A stretch of 64,000 bases of DNA from the human T2T-CHM13v2.0 reference genome, Homo sapiens (GCF_009914755.1 NC_060944.1); one strand, 5' to 3'. Counted from the stretch's first letter, positions 1 through 18,899 are shown. Program-made: numbers and translations. Notes: generated from the letters alone by a model not told the origin.

Positions 1-371
1 ATTAACTGTAAAAGAAGGACTTTCAGTTGAGAAAGATCTTTGGATTTTCACATTGCACGTAAAAGATAGTGGGTCTGTTTCTGCATGGATTCCACTGTCT
101 GCAGATTTGCTGATACTGTTGGGATCCTTCGGGAAATCCTGGTGACCTTTGTGAACAGCAGTGAACAATGATTTTGAGCTCAGTGATGTCCAAGGTCCCT
201 TTAGTTCTAGAAGTCTATGGCTAAAAATTTAAGAAATATTTCACTAACTGCCCATTTGGCTTTATTTCTATTTTAGTACTACTGTGGGCTGGAGTCTTTT
301 AAAACATGGTTTCTGGAGCCATGGAGAGATGGTTTCTGGTAAACCCAGCGCTCGCATGGTCCTTCCCACAG

Positions 372-500
372 AAGGTTCTGGAGTCAGGCTGCCTAGACTT
401 AAATCTTGGCTCCACCACTGGCTTGCTCTTGGATTTGGGGCAAGTCATGTGAAATCCTTCTGTGCCTTTGTTTCCTCACTGATCATGAAAACTGAAGTGT
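372..500 (+). mobile_element. MIR SINE fragment
   Basis: Degenerate MIR core: tctggagtcaggctgcct...ttggggcaagtca...ctgtgcctttgtttcctcac. Confidence 0.65.
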
Positions 501-1244
501 GAAAAAAGGTGGAATTCCTGAGGCCCATCTCTGGGCTGCCCACTGGGGGCTTCCTCAGACACAGGACCCCAGATGGCATTGAGCATCTTGAGTCAGCCAG
601 CGTTGGCCAGTGGAGGGGGGCAGTTTGCAGTGGCCACAGGAGAATCTTACTCCACACGACTTAGTGCCCCGGTGTTTCCCCATCTTCCCTGACGCAGCTT
701 CTTTGTCAGTGGCGCTCAGGCCCAAGGCCCATCCCTTCCTCAAGAAATCCTGCTCCTACTTGAGGAAACTTGGCATCCAGGGCCTCCCCCAACCCTGGCA
801 ACAGTTCGGAATCCACCACTGTGAGATATCTCAGACCTGGTTTCTTGAGTCTTTTGCTTCCTGTGGGGCCTGTCCGGAGACCCTGATTTAGATCTCGCCT
901 CTCTCCCCTCCCTCTAGAGGCAGTAGAAGCTGTGACCAAGCTCATGCTTTGTGTCCTGGACCGTCTGGGCCAAGAGAAGGCCACCTGCCGGAGGCAGGGC
1001 CAGTGGCCACTCTTGTTGGGTTCTCATCATTAAACTGTTGTTCTGATGCCTATTTGTAAAATTGGGTTGTCTGTCTTGTTCCTGTAGGTTCCTGGGAGCT
1101 CTTCCGTCTGGCTATCAGCCATCAGTTGGATACCTATATTGAAAACATAATGTCTCCTAGTCTGAGGCTTGTCTTTTACCTCTCCTAAATGAAGAGTTCA
1201 ATATTAATGAAGTCTAATTTATCATTATTTTCTTTTATCATTAG

Positions 1245-1572
<328 letters not shown>

Positions 1573-3086
1573 TGAAGATATTTATTCATATTTTCTTCTA
1601 GAATTTGTATTGTTTTTGTTTCCACATACAGATCTATGAAATTGATCTATCTTGCAATTAATTATATCTTCAATTAATTTTTGTGTATGGTGCATGATAA
1701 GAGTCAAAATTCCTTTTTGTCATATGGATATCTAGTTTTGGTGGCATTATTTATTGAAAAGACCACCCTTTCCCCCACTGAATTTCAGGATACATCATGA
1801 GCCAGGTGACATGGCATGGGTCCAGTTTTGGACTGTCGTCAGTACTTCGATCTATTTGTCTTTGCACTAATGCCCACTGTCTTGATTACTATAGTTCTAT
1901 AGCTTATTTTTATTTAACCTTTTTGTCTTGAGAGAATTGTAGATTTGCATACAATTGTAAGAAAGAATACAGAGAGATCCCACATTCCCTTTACCTGGTT
2001 TCTCCCAATGGTAACATCTTGCAAAACTCTAGTATAATATCACATCTAGAATGTTGATATTGATGCGGCCCTCTGGTCTAATTCAGATTTCCCCAGTTTT
2101 ACCTGTATTCATTTGTGCATGAGTGTGTGTGTGTGTTTAGTTCTGTACAATTTTATCACCTGTGTAGGTCTGCGTATCCACACAGAGTGAAGCTTCAGAA
2201 CACTTTCATCACCACCAGAATCTCGTGTTTCCCTTTTCTCAGCCACACCCGCCACCCTTCCACATTCTCTCTCCACCCTACTCCTAACCCCAATCCCTGA
2301 CACTCACTAATCTGTTCTCCACTTCTGTGTTTTTATCCAGAAATGTTATATAAATGGAATCGCACAATAGCTTTTCGGGATTGGCTTCTTTCACTCAGTG
2401 TAAATTCCCTTGGGATGCACACGGTGGTTCTGTGTGTCAGTAGTTTGTTCCTTTTTATTGATGAGTGGTATTCCATGGTGTGGATGCACCAGTTTGTTTG
2501 GCCATTCATCCGTTGAAGGATATCTGAGTTGTTTCCAGTTTGGGGTTACTATGAATAGAGCTGCTATAAACAATCATGTGAACATGATTTTTGTGTGAGC
2601 ATAAGTTTCTATTTCTCTTGGATAAATGCCCAAGAGTGCAATTTCTGGGGTGTATGGTAATTGTATGTTTAGGGGTTTTTTTCCAATTGGTTTTATTTTG
2701 TAGAGCCATCTTAAATTCACAGAAAAAATTGAATGGAAGGTACAGAGAGTTCTCATATACCCCCATCCCTACATACGCAGAGCCTCCCCCACCTCAAAAT
2801 CCCACCACCAGAGTGGTACATTCGTTATCATCAATGAACCTAAATTGACACATCATTATCACACAGAGACCATGGTTTACATTAGGGTTCACTCTGGTGT
2901 ACATTCCATGGCTTTTGGCAAATGTAAAACGACATGTGTCCCTCATTACAGTGTTATTCAGATCATTTTCGCTGCCCTGAAAATCCTCTATGTTCCACCC
3001 ACTCATCCCTCTCTACCCCCAACCTCTGGCAACCACCTGATGCTTTTACTGTCTCCATAATTTTGCCTTCTCCAGAATGTCATATA

Positions 3087-3583
3087 CAGCTGACACTTAA
3101 ACGATGCAGGAGGCAGGGGTACTGACCCTTTGTGCAGTTGAAAATCTGAGTATAACTTTTGACCCCCAAAACCTAACTACTAATAACCTACTGTTTACTA
3201 GAAAGAAGCCTTACTGATAATGAACAGTTGATTAACACCTATGTTGTATGTTATACGTATTATATACTGTATTCTTACAATCAAGTAAGCCAGAGAAAAG
3301 AAAACGTTATTAAGAAAAATCATAAGAAAGAGAAAATACATTTACTATTCATTCAGTGGAAGTGGATAATCATAAAGGTCTTTATCCTCATCATCTTCAC
3401 ATTGTGTAGGCAGAGGAAGAGGAGCAAGAGGAGGGGTTGATCTTGCTGTCTCAGGGGTGGTGGTTCATGTGTGAGTTTTTTCAAATTATTGCAAATTTCA
3501 AAGTTGTCCAATATATATATATTTAAAATCCACATATAAGTGGACCTGTGTGATTAGAATCTGTGTTGTTCAAGGGTCAACTG
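3087..3583. mobile_element. Tigger2-family non-autonomous DNA transposon (TcMar-Tigger)
   Basis: TIRs cagctgacacttaaac... / ...gtgttgttcaagggtcaactg; TA duplication at 3085-3086 and 3584-3585; host L1 rejoins as gaatgtcata-ta-gttgaaatcatacag. Confidence 0.85.
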
Positions 3584-4281
3584 TAGTTGAAATCATACAG
3601 TAGGTAGCCTTTTCAGATTGGCTTTTTTCTCTTAGTAATATGCATTTAATATTTCTCTATGTCTTTTCATGGCTAGATAGCTCATTTCTTTTTAGTGCTG
3701 AATAATATTTCATTGTCTGAATATAGCACAGTTTACTTGTCCACTAACCTACTGAAGGACATCTTGGTTGCTTCTGTGTTTTGGCAATTATTAATAAAAC
3801 TGAAATAGACTTTCAAGTGCAAGTTTTTATGTGACATAAGTTTTCAATTCATTTGGGTAAATACTAAGGAGCATGATTGCTGGATCAGATGGTAAGAGTA
3901 TTTTTAATTCTGTAAGAAACCACCAAACCGTCTTCCAAAGTGGCTGTACCATTTGCATTCCCACCAGCAGTGAATGAGAGTTCCTGTTGCTCCATATCCT
4001 CACCAGCGTTTGGTGTTGTTAGTGTTTTGGATTTTTGCCATTCTAATAGGTCTGTGGAGTGGTATCTTACTGTTGTTTAAATTTGCAATTATCCAATGAC
4101 ATATGATGTTGAACATTTTTCATATGCTTACTTGCTATCTGTATATCTTCTTTGGAGAGGTGTCTGTTAATGTCTTTTGCCCAGTTTTAAGTTGGGTTGT
4201 TTGTTTTCTTATTGTTGAGTTTTAGGAGTTCTTCATGTATTTTAGATAACAGTCCTTTACCAAGTATATCTTTTACAAATA

Positions 4282-5623
<1,342 letters not shown>

Positions 5624-7195
5624 TATTTCCTCCTAGTCTGTGGCTCTTCTTCTCATTCTCTTGATATTGTCTTTTACAGAGCAGAAGTTTTTAATTTTAA
5701 TGAAACCCAGCTTATAAATTATTTCTTTTATGTCTCATGCCTTTGGTGTTGTTTGTTTGTATCTAAAAAGTCATTACCATTCCCAAGGTCATGTAGGCTT
5801 TATCCTATGTTGTCATCTAGGACTTTAATAGTTTTGTGTTTTACATTTACGTCTATGAGCCATTTTGAGTTAATTTTTGTGAAAGGTGTAAAGTCTGTGT
5901 TTAGACTCTTTTTTTTTTTTTTTTTGGCATGAGGATCTCCAGTTTTTCCAGCACCATTTGTTGAAAAGACTCGCTTTGTTCCTCTGCATTGCCTTTGCTT
6001 CTTTGTCAAGTATCAGTTGACTATACTTATGTGGGTCTATTTCTGGGCTCTCTATTCTGTTCCATTGATCTGTTTGTCTTTTCTTTCACCAATGACCACA
6101 TTGCCTTGACAATAATAGCTTTATAGTAAGTCTTGAAGCTGGGTAGTATCAGCCCTCCAACTTTATTCATCTTCAATGTTGAATTGGCTATTCTTGGTCT
6201 TTTGCCTCGCTGTGTAACTTTTAGAATCAGTTTGTCAATACCCTCAAATAACTTGTTGGGATTTTGATTGGGATTGCATTGACTCTATAGATCAAGTTGG
6301 AAAGAACTGACATCTTGACAAGATTGAATCTTCTATCCATGAACATGGAATAACATTCCATTTATTCTGTTCTTTGATTTCTTTAATCAGAAGCTTGTAG
6401 TTTTTCTCATATAGATCTTGTACATATTTTTGTTAGATTTATACCTATTTCATTTTGGGGATACTAATGTAAATGGTATTGGGCTTTTAACTTCAAATTC
6501 CACTTGTTTATTGCTGGTGAAAGTAATTGATTTTTGTATATTAACTTTGTATCCTGCAACCTTGCTATAATTGCTTATTAATTCCCAGAGTTTATGTTTA
6601 ATTTTATTTTTTAAAAACCTGTCATACTGTTTTCTAGAGGGGCTGTACCACTTTACATTCCCACTAGCAGCATATGAGTGATTCAGTTTTTCTGCATTCT
6701 TGCAAAATCTGGTGTTGTCACTGTTTTTCACTTTAGCAATTCTGATAGGTATATAATGCTATCTCATTGTGCTTTTAATTTGCTTTTCCTGATGGCTAAT
6801 GATGATGAACATCTTTTCATGGGCTTATTTGTCATCAGTATATCTTGTTTGGTGAAATGTTCACTAATGTCTTTTGCCCATTTTCTTATTGGATTGTTTG
6901 TTGTTGTTGTTGTTGTTGTTTAAATTATTGAGTTTTGAGAGTTCTTTATACATCCTAGATACCAGCCCTTTGTTGTAAATATTTTCTCTCCACTATATGT
7001 TTTAATATACCCTGAAATCTAGTAATATTAGTCCTATAGCTTCATGCTACTTCTTCAGTATAGTCTCTGCAGTTGAAAGTCCGTTGGATTTCATATAAAT
7101 TTTAGAATGAGCTTATCAAGTTCCCAAGAGGATGTTAATTGGGATTGGGATCTATAGATCCATGTGAGAAGAACTGACATCTTTCAAATCGTGAA

Positions 7196-7278
7196 AAAGT
7201 GCTGGGATTACAGGAGTGAGCCATCGCACCTGGCCATATTTGTTGATTTTTTTTTTTTTTTTGAAACAGATTCTCGCT
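7196..7278 (+). repeat. ~83-bp local copy of the Alu/Alu junction at 8458-8539
   Basis: Direct alignment: 5 substitutions plus T16 vs T15; includes the non-Alu spacer atatt(t/g)gttga. Confidence 0.85.
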
Positions 7279-7350
7279 GCGAACATGATATATCTCCCCA
7301 TTTATTAGGTTCTTTTTTTCATTTCTTTCTGCAGTGTTTTGTGATTTTCA

Positions 7351-7820
<470 letters not shown>

Positions 7821-8249
7821 CTAAACTCACTTATTAACTCTAATAGTTTGTAGATTCTTTTGGATTTTCCACATTCACAAAATGTCATCTGTGAATAATG
7901 ATATTTTTATTCCTTCAGTTCCAGTTTGTACATTTTTTCTCATCTTTTTGCACTGACTAGGATCTCTAATACAATGTTAAATAAAAATAATGACAGTAGA
8001 CAGTTAATCTAAAGGGAAAAGCATTCTAAATGTTTTTCACCAATAAGTGTGATGTTAGCTATAGGGTTTTATAGGTGCCCATTATAAGGTAAGAGAAGAC
8101 CTTTTCAGTTTCTAGTATGGAGAATTTTTATTTTGAATGGGTATTGAATTTTACCAAATGTTTTCCACTTTTTTAATTTTTTTCCCACATTTTTTGAAAT
8201 GATAGTTTTTTAGAATATTTTTGAAGTGGTGAATTATATTGGTTTTTTG

Positions 8250-8808
<559 letters not shown>

Positions 8809-8819
8809 ATATTGATTGA

Positions 8820-9148
<329 letters not shown>

Positions 9149-9608
9149 TAAATCACATTTGGTCATGTTGTATTGTGCTTTTTATATATCTCTAGATTTA
9201 TTATGTTAATATTTGTTTAGTATTTTTGCATCTACATTTATGTAGATATTGGCTTATAATTTTTCTTTTTTGTAATGTAAAGTGAGTCAGGAAATATTCA
9301 TAAATTGAGTCAGGAAATATTCCCTCCTTTACTATTCTCTAGAAGAATTTATAGGATTAATGTTCTTTATTCTCTAAATATTTGGGAAAATTCACCGGTG
9401 AAGCCATCTAGGCTTAGATAATTTTTGTGTGTGAGAAGGCTTTAAATTAGAGATTCAATATTTAAAAATAGGTATAGGGCTGTTCAAAATTTTTATTTCT
9501 TCTTGTATCCTTTTGGTAAGTAATGCTTTTCAAAGAATTTGTCCATTACAATTAAATTATCCAAGTTTTGGCATAAAGATGTTTACAATATTTTCTTATT
9601 GCCTTTTA

Positions 9609-9900
<292 letters not shown>

Positions 9901-10047
9901 AAATGTCTATAGTATCTGTAGTGATGCCCTTTCTTCATTCTTGATGTTTACAACTTATGTTATCTCTCTCTCTCTCTTCATGATCCTTTTCAACGAACCA
10001 ACTTTTGGCTTTGTTAGTTTTCAGATCCATTTAAAATGGAATTCTGA

Positions 10048-10344
10048 GGCTGGGCGCAGTGGCTCACGCCTGCACTCCCAGCACTTTGAGAGGCCAAGAT
10101 GGGTAGATCACCTGAGGTCAGGAGTTCGAGACCAGTCTGGCCAACATGGTGAAACTCTGTCTCTACTAAAAATACAAAAATTAGCCAGGGGTGGTGGTAT
10201 GCGTCTGTAATCCCAGCTACTCGGAGGCTGAGGCAGGAGAATCGCTTGAACTGGGCAGGCAGAGGTTGCAGTGAACCAAGATCACGTCACTGCACTCCAG
10301 CCTGGGTGACAGAGGGAGACTCTATCTCCAAAATAAATAAATAA
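10048..10344 (+). mobile_element. Alu (AluS-type)
   Basis: Full dimer; TSD aattctgag. Confidence 0.95.
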
Positions 10345-10799
10345 ATTCTGAGCTTGAATTTTTTGGTATCACATAAATATTTAGAATTCAGGCCTTGAAT
10401 CCATGTGAGGGCCAGTCAGTATCCACAACTTCTCAGAGGTTACTCCTCTTTAATCCCACCCAGACCCAAAGCTGAGACAGATCATTTTCTTTGCTGTCTG
10501 TCTTCATGGGGCAGGATTAAAAAAAAAATCACGCCTTTCCTGAGTCCATAATTTATGTAGGGTGAGCTCTGACTCATTTGGCTGTCTGTCCTGTACAGGT
10601 TGCAGGCTTTGTATTACCTGAGTTAGAGATGTCTGCATGACATCCACAACGCCAATGTAGGCTGATCTCTCAGGACTCATATTCCTGCTTTGTTTCTGGC
10701 ACAAGAGAATTTCTCTACTTTCTTGAAGACTTATTCATTTCTATATAATGTTTAAAATCTATAGCATTTGACAGTGGTGAGAACGTAGTATTTCTCACC

Positions 10800-11967
<1,168 letters not shown>

Positions 11968-13719
11968 TGAGTGGTGCGGAAGCAGCCTGCATCTCATGGC
12001 ACTGTGGGCCACTTTCTCCTTCGGGAAGCACAGTCTGCCCTGACTTCTGTCACATGCCGCTCCCTGTTTTCCTTCTCCTTACCTGCTTACATTCTTTTAG
12101 CCTCTTTTGCTTGACCCATGAAGTGGCTATGTCCTTAGGCTCTGTCTTTCTCAAGGCCCTCTTATTGAATGACCTTGCTCACTCCACACCTTCAGTCATT
12201 CCCTCTCCAGGCTCGGTCTCTCCCAAGTGCCCATTTTTCTGGACATCTCTTTTCAAGCCTCTGGATGCCTGGCAGGCTCCTTGTGTGCAAGAGAAAAGCC
12301 TTGGTCCTGAAGCAAAATACCTGGCTCCACATTCACTCAGTGAACCCGTGGGTCAATCCTCACCACTCTCTGAGCCTCGAAGTTTCCTTCTGAGAAAAAG
12401 GACATCTTTTCATTCAATCCCCACAGGTTTGTTGGGAGGTTCTAGGAAGACTGTGGATTGACAGCTGTTTGCAAACTTAAAACATGGCTCCAAAGGAGGG
12501 ACAGCACTCTGTGCTCCATAGACAGTGCACACAAGTCCCCAAGTGGGCCATCCTCTTCCGGCCTCCCCCTACCATTTGCCCAGACCTCCTGTCTCCAGGG
12601 CAACCCTACCAGTCCCCCATACCAGATACTGGAGCCTCGTTTTGCCTCCTCCTCTCCCCCATCCCCACTTTGGGATCCACCAGCAACAACGTTGGTTCTG
12701 CCTACTCGGTATCTCTTTCCACTGTCCCCTCCTCCCCCTCCTACACTCCAGGTCCCATTAGCTCTCCCCCAGACAGTTTCAGTGGCCTCCTTTCTGGTGT
12801 CCCTGGCTTCCTTCTGTTTGGAAAAAGCCTCTACTCTCCTAGGCTTCAGATGTGACAGTTGCCTCTAAATCCAAGATTTGGATTAGTGGGGTCAACAAGA
12901 TGGGCTGCTTGAGTGGGGTCACCAGAGGATGCACGGGTTGATGGTTGACCAGACGTTCACTGGTGAGGCCTGTTTATGAGATGCTTTGAGTGGGATCCAC
13001 TAGATGCTGAAGCAGGCAGGATTTGGTTGTCCCTCTACTTGGGTGAAGGTGTCAGATACCCAGGTGAGGTCAGGCCCAGAGCTGACTTGAGGGAGCTGAG
13101 GCCAGAAAGGGGCTAAGACGCATCTGTCCACATCCCTCCATTTCTCCCTCTCCACCCAAGGGTCCTTGAATTCCCAGCCACAGCCCCCTCCCTCACCCCA
13201 CTTTGTATGGGTCTCTGGGGCAATTCCAGAAAGTCGTCTTCTGCCCACTTCAGCATAACCTGGGACTTTATCCCGGCTCCACCACTTACTCCCTTGGAAA
13301 AATGCATTTACTTACTTGGGCTTCAGTTTCCTCTCTGAAAAACGGGGCTTTTAAATCCTCCTAGCTGAGGTATTGGGAGAATCAGTTGAAAGTCCCTCCG
13401 AAGACTTTGGTGCTATGCGCAGGAAATACATGGGCCAGGGGTCACTTTCTCTCTATCCTTCCACCCCTCCCACTTGCCCCACACTCTGAGCATTTGAAGG
13501 GAGAAGACCTTGTCTTGTTCCTGAGACACTCCTCCTACCCCATGCCTGGCCCAGGGGTGCCCAGAAATGTTTTCTGAATTGAATCAACGAAGGGAGAGGG
13601 TGTTGGGAAACAAGCAGGGCCCTGGCCAGGACATTTAGACCTGGGGTAGGGACAGGACTGTCCCTCACAGTCCCAAACACACCTTTTCATCCTGTCAATG
13701 AATTTTGGCTTTCAAGTCC

Positions 13720-13870
13720 TACAGACCTGGGTTCGAATCCTGGCCCAGCTCCGAGGCCTGGCACAAACGATCTCAAGTCTGCAAGCCTCAGCTCCTCGTC
13801 TGCAAAGGCTGTGGAGCGATCTCCAGCTCACAGGGGTGCTGACACACAGTAGGTGCTCAGGAAATGGCAC
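13720..13870 (+). mobile_element. MIR fragment
   Basis: cagacctgggttcgaatcctggc...gcctcagctcctcgtctgcaaa. Confidence 0.6.
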
Positions 13871-14355
13871 CCAGCCCATATTCCTCCTTCCCTTCCTCCT
13901 TTTCGCCTTTCCTTTCTTCCATGTGAGAGATGTCTCCAAGGAAACAGGAGGAATTATTTAAAGAAAAGAGCCGAGGACTCGGGTGGGAGCGGATGGTGGC
14001 TCGGGCATCTGGAAGGCAGAGGCAGGCTGCACTGGCCCTTCAAGGAGACAATGGGACCCAGGTGCCTCCTCATCTCAGACAGCACTAGGCAGGGCCTATG
14101 GCAAATCTATGTTGAGGGGCAGTGGAAAAATGCTCCTGGCACCAAAGAGCAGGAACAGAGCAATGGACCCTGCTCTGCATTTGCCTTACTTGGTGGCCCT
14201 GAAAAAGTCCCAGCCCTCCAGCCTTGTGGCCTGGGGGTGAATGGGAGGTACTACTGCAAGGGAGGTGGGCAGGGAGAAGGTGAATTGGGGCTGGTGAGTT
14301 CCGGGCTTAGAAGAGTAAAAGTGAAGGTCTCAGGGTGCTCCTGAGCTGGGCAGAA

Positions 14356-14412
14356 ATTCATTCATTCATTCATTCATTCATTCATTCATTCATTCACTCA
14401 TTTATTCATTCG
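14356..14412. repeat. (TTCA)n microsatellite (antisense L2 tail)
   Basis: About 10 perfect ATTC units then degenerate copies. Confidence 0.9.
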
Positions 14413-14505
14413 TTCAACTCATATCTACTGAACTGAACACCTTCCTCCTCTCTGCCAGGCAATGAGCACACCTCATTTCACGTTTTCCTCAGAATATCCT
14501 TGTTA

Positions 14506-14794
<289 letters not shown>

Positions 14795-15842
14795 TCACTA
14801 TCACCTTCAATAAAAAGTCCTGATGCCTTGAGAGGACCTCACGGTCATGATGATCCAGCCCCTGCCAACCTTTCTGGCTTCACCTTTGAGCTCTCCAGGC
14901 TTCCGTCTCAGTGAGCTGCCAGTAGTGGCTCAGATGTGCCCCAGCCTGGCCTCCAGGTCTCTGAGCATGTCCTTACGCTGCAACGTCCCCTCTGTCTTCC
15001 CCTTGCTCTTCAGGCTAAGTCCTGCACAGCTTAGGGGTCACCTCTTCCTGTAACCCTTCTGACCCTCTCCCAAGGCTCAGTCAGTGCCCTCCAGGAGTGG
15101 TGGGTTTTCTTGTGTCTCCTCCGTGGGCAGCAAGCCCCTTGAGGCCAGTGACATTCCTCATGCAACTCTGCATCCCTGGTACCCAGGAGGGGCTGGACCT
15201 GGGTGGGTATCAGTGGGCACCAAGTGAGTGAATGAATGGATGAGATAAGGTACAGTGTGAAATTGCTACTCCTAGCCTCAATCATTTTGTTCTCTAAACA
15301 TTTCCCAGGCACCTCCTCCATGCCAGGCCTGATGCCAGCCCCGGGGAAGACGATAACTCAGCCTTGCAATTCACTTTGTGGTTCACAACGTGCTTCCATT
15401 ATAACAGTCCCAGCCACCCTGCAAAGTAGATGTTTGTGTTGTTTTGGGCTGTGTCCATTTTTTGAATGTGGAAACTGAGACCCAGTGAGGTTGGGTAACT
15501 TGCCCAGTCACAGCCAGTGTGTGACAGAGCCAAGATATGAATCCAGGCCTGTTCACTCCAGAGCCCACACTCCCCCACACCGGGAAAACAAATCAAAATA
15601 GAGCAAAGGAATACATGACACTTAGAAATTTATTTTGGAACAAATTTGGACAATATAGAAAATTTGGAAAATATAGGAGAGGAGAAAAAAGGAGGTAATT
15701 CTGCATAGCTCCCCTCCCCTGGGATACATGTCATTAAGTGTCATTAAAAGTTTGAGAATCTTCTGCTTGTTTTGGCTGAGCCTGGCCAAGTTCATATGAT
15801 GCAAGCAGCACACGGTATGAACCCAGACTGTCAAATGCTGCC

Positions 15843-16117
<275 letters not shown>

Positions 16118-16219
16118 ATAACTGTGCAGGTCTCAAATACCATGCTTTGATATTAATTTAATGTGGCCTGAACCCCAAGGAGCTACTTCCAGTCTTGTGG
16201 GAGAGGAGGAAGTAACAGG

Positions 16220-16695
16220 TGTGCCTAAGCGGGGGTTCCCCCTAAGTGGACCCTGAAACAGGCACTTGAGTGCAGGTAGTTTATCTGAGAGGTGATCCTA
16301 GTCTGCAGGAGGGAGGCAGAGGAGGAGGGAAAGTCAGTCAGATGGGCATTTGCCAGCAGGGCACCACTGTGGGCCACTGGAGCTCCATCTTGCTGGGGAC
16401 GTTCTGAAGAACAGTGGAAAGCGTGCCTGAGACTGTCTCCCTGAAGGCTCGGAGGCTGCAGCATTTCCTCTGTGACTCTTTTCCCCAAGGGACTGAAGGT
16501 TCTGCTGGGGGCCTTACTCTCCTGCATTTCCAAGCCGTCCTGTGCTTGGATGGGACAAGCTCTTGCAACTTCAGAAAATGCCATCAGGCAGAAAAGTGGA
16601 GAGACCTGGTGGGTGCTTGCAGCAGACCAGAGTTCAGGAGCTGTCCACCAAGGCTGCAGCAGAATTCAAGATGGGCACCAACAGCATTTGCTTTG
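16220..16695 (-). mobile_element. Solo ERVL LTR, LTR16-like
   Basis: Antisense LTR16-type ends: gggttcccc...gaccctgaaacaggcacttgagtgcaggtagtttatctgagaggtgatcc and gggcaccaacagcatttgct; ~475 bp. Confidence 0.7.
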
Positions 16696-17099
16696 AGACG
16701 TGGTGTGTCTTTGTCATCATAAAGTGTTTTGGGGGTATAAAACCAGGAATGAGACATAGAATGAGACATAGAAGTCAGGGGTGATTTCCCCAGAATAGGT
16801 GACATTCGAGTTGAATTTTGAAAGGTGACTACACAATGGGAGAAGAGGCATTTCAGGTAAAGGCTGAGGTGTGAAACAGCTTGTTGTCTTCAGGAGAAAC
16901 TGCAGAGCTTGTACCTGAGTCATGGGGTTTGGCCAAGACTGGTTTGGTACAAGCTCAATGTCATCATTAGCTAGATATGGTCATTATCCGGATTTAATCA
17001 TTATCAAATTACAGACCTGGTTTATATTCCACTTTCACTGCATCTCTGTGGACCTCTCCATCTCTTTTTCTGTCTTTGTCTCTATGAGTTTCTCTCTCT

Positions 17100-18170
17100 C
17101 TTTTTAAAAATACATACTTCAGATACACACAAGTGAGTTAAACTGAGTCCTTGGTTCATGACATGCCTTCAGCATTGGTGCATCAAGTCCTACAGTGTAT
17201 ATAATACAAGATAGTAGAAAGCATAATCTAACATATGCACCTTGAGCCACTGCTCACCCCAAGAACTAGAACAGAATCAGTATCTGACATCTGCCTCTGT
17301 GCTGCACCCCATCCCATCCCCCAGCTCTCTGCTGGAGGTCACTAAGATTCTGAATTTTGAGTTTATCCTCCCCTAGTTTCCTTGTTTTTAGTGTTATTAC
17401 ATGCATGCATACCTAATTAATATGTAGTTTGTTTTTACTTGTTTATTAATTTTATGTTAAAAAGTGCCATACTGTATATAGTCTTGTCTTTTCTTTTTAG
17501 CTCAATGCTGTTGATGAGCATGTGGCCATGTTGCTGTATGTAATCATGATTTATTTGTTCTGAAGGCTGTATGTGACTATACCATTATTTATTTCTTTTT
17601 TTATTCTCCCGTCGATGGACAGTCAGGCTGTCTTCTGGTCTTCTGCTATTGCAAACAGTGCTGTGTGGCTGTTCCTGCGCGTAAATCCTAAAGCTCTGCA
17701 AAATGCAGTCTGGGCATCCTCAGCCCGGGCATCACCTGGAAACTTGTTAGAAATGCAGAGTCTGGGGCCCTGCCCTAGCCCCGCCAGAACTGAATCTGCA
17801 TTTTAACAAGACCCCTGGGGGATTCACTGGCTTATTCACGTTTGAGAAGCACTGGCCGAGTGTACCTCTGCATGGGTTTCTCTTGGGCATACACATCAGG
17901 AGTGGAAGTGCTGGGTCGCAGTGGGTGGCCCAGATCACCCTCTCGGCCGCAGCTTCGGAGCTGCCACTGAGCTAGAGCTTCCCCAGCTCTTGGTATTGTC
18001 CCACGTTCTCATTGTTGCCAGTCGACTGGGCGTGCAGTGGCATCTCATCATGGTCTTGACTTACATTTCCCCCATGACTAACGAGGTCAGGCACCTCCTC
18101 GTATGTTTACTGGCCATATGTTTCCCCTTCTGTGAAACGCCTGTTCCTGTTTTTTGCTCTTTTTTCTTTT
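17100..18170 (-). mobile_element. Old L1 (L1ME-like) 3' fragments
   Basis: Degenerate L1 3'UTR/ORF2 C-terminal motifs (cttctgctattgcaaacagtgctg; gtggcatctcatcatggtcttgacttacatttccc). Confidence 0.65.
17690..17854. mobile_element. MER5-family hAT-Charlie element
   Basis: gcatcacctggaaacttgttagaaatgcaga...gaatctgcattttaacaaga...tttgagaagcactg. Confidence 0.8.
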
Positions 18171-18389
18171 AGGCTCACTCTACTCAATCCTGCCTTTGCA
18201 TATACTGTTCTTTCCATCAGAAATGCCTTCCCCTTTCGCTACCCTGTGTCAGTTCTTCCAGGAAGCCCTCTCTGATTGCTGCTTAGGTTGTGAGCCTCCT
18301 CAGCCTCACAGGCAGGAAAACTCGGTGTCATTGTCCCTTCATTCTTCTCCTGAAGTCTCTTCCTCACTGGAGAGACTGTGAACCTATAT

Positions 18390-18667
18390 GGCTTGGTTTG
18401 CATAGAGTTAACAATTTTTTCACTCTAGTTGCCATTATTTTCAGGGATTTTCTGAAGTTTTACATTTCAGAAAATCTTAACTGCTAGCTTCTCTTGAAAA
18501 AATAAGATATGGCTCCACTGTCTCCTTCCCTAGATGGCAAAATCAGCTAGTGCTGAGTAGGGGCTGCCCCTGCTGGACCATGTGTCACAGTCCCCACAAC
18601 TCCAGGCTCACAACTTGCTTAAACAACCTGTCCAAGCCCTGTGGGCATTTGGGTTTGTGACCCTTGC
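18390..18667 (-). mobile_element. MER102-like hAT element
   Basis: Terminal ggcatttgggtttgtgacccttg resembles the MER102-type end as I remember it. Confidence 0.5.
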
Positions 18668-18899
18668 CTAAGCGTGCCCAATGCTTGTTCCTCTAAAACT
18701 TGCCCTTCCTTCCCCTCCTCCCCATAACCCCATCCTTGTTCCCACTCAGGGCTTTGCATCTCTCCCCTGTGCCATCACACTAGCCTCCTTGACATTCCTT
18801 TCTCTAGTCTTGCCTGTTCCAGTCCACTGCCATGTCACACTCCTGCTCAAGAACCAGCAATGGCACCCCCTTGCCTTCCCAGGCACCACCTGACTTTCT

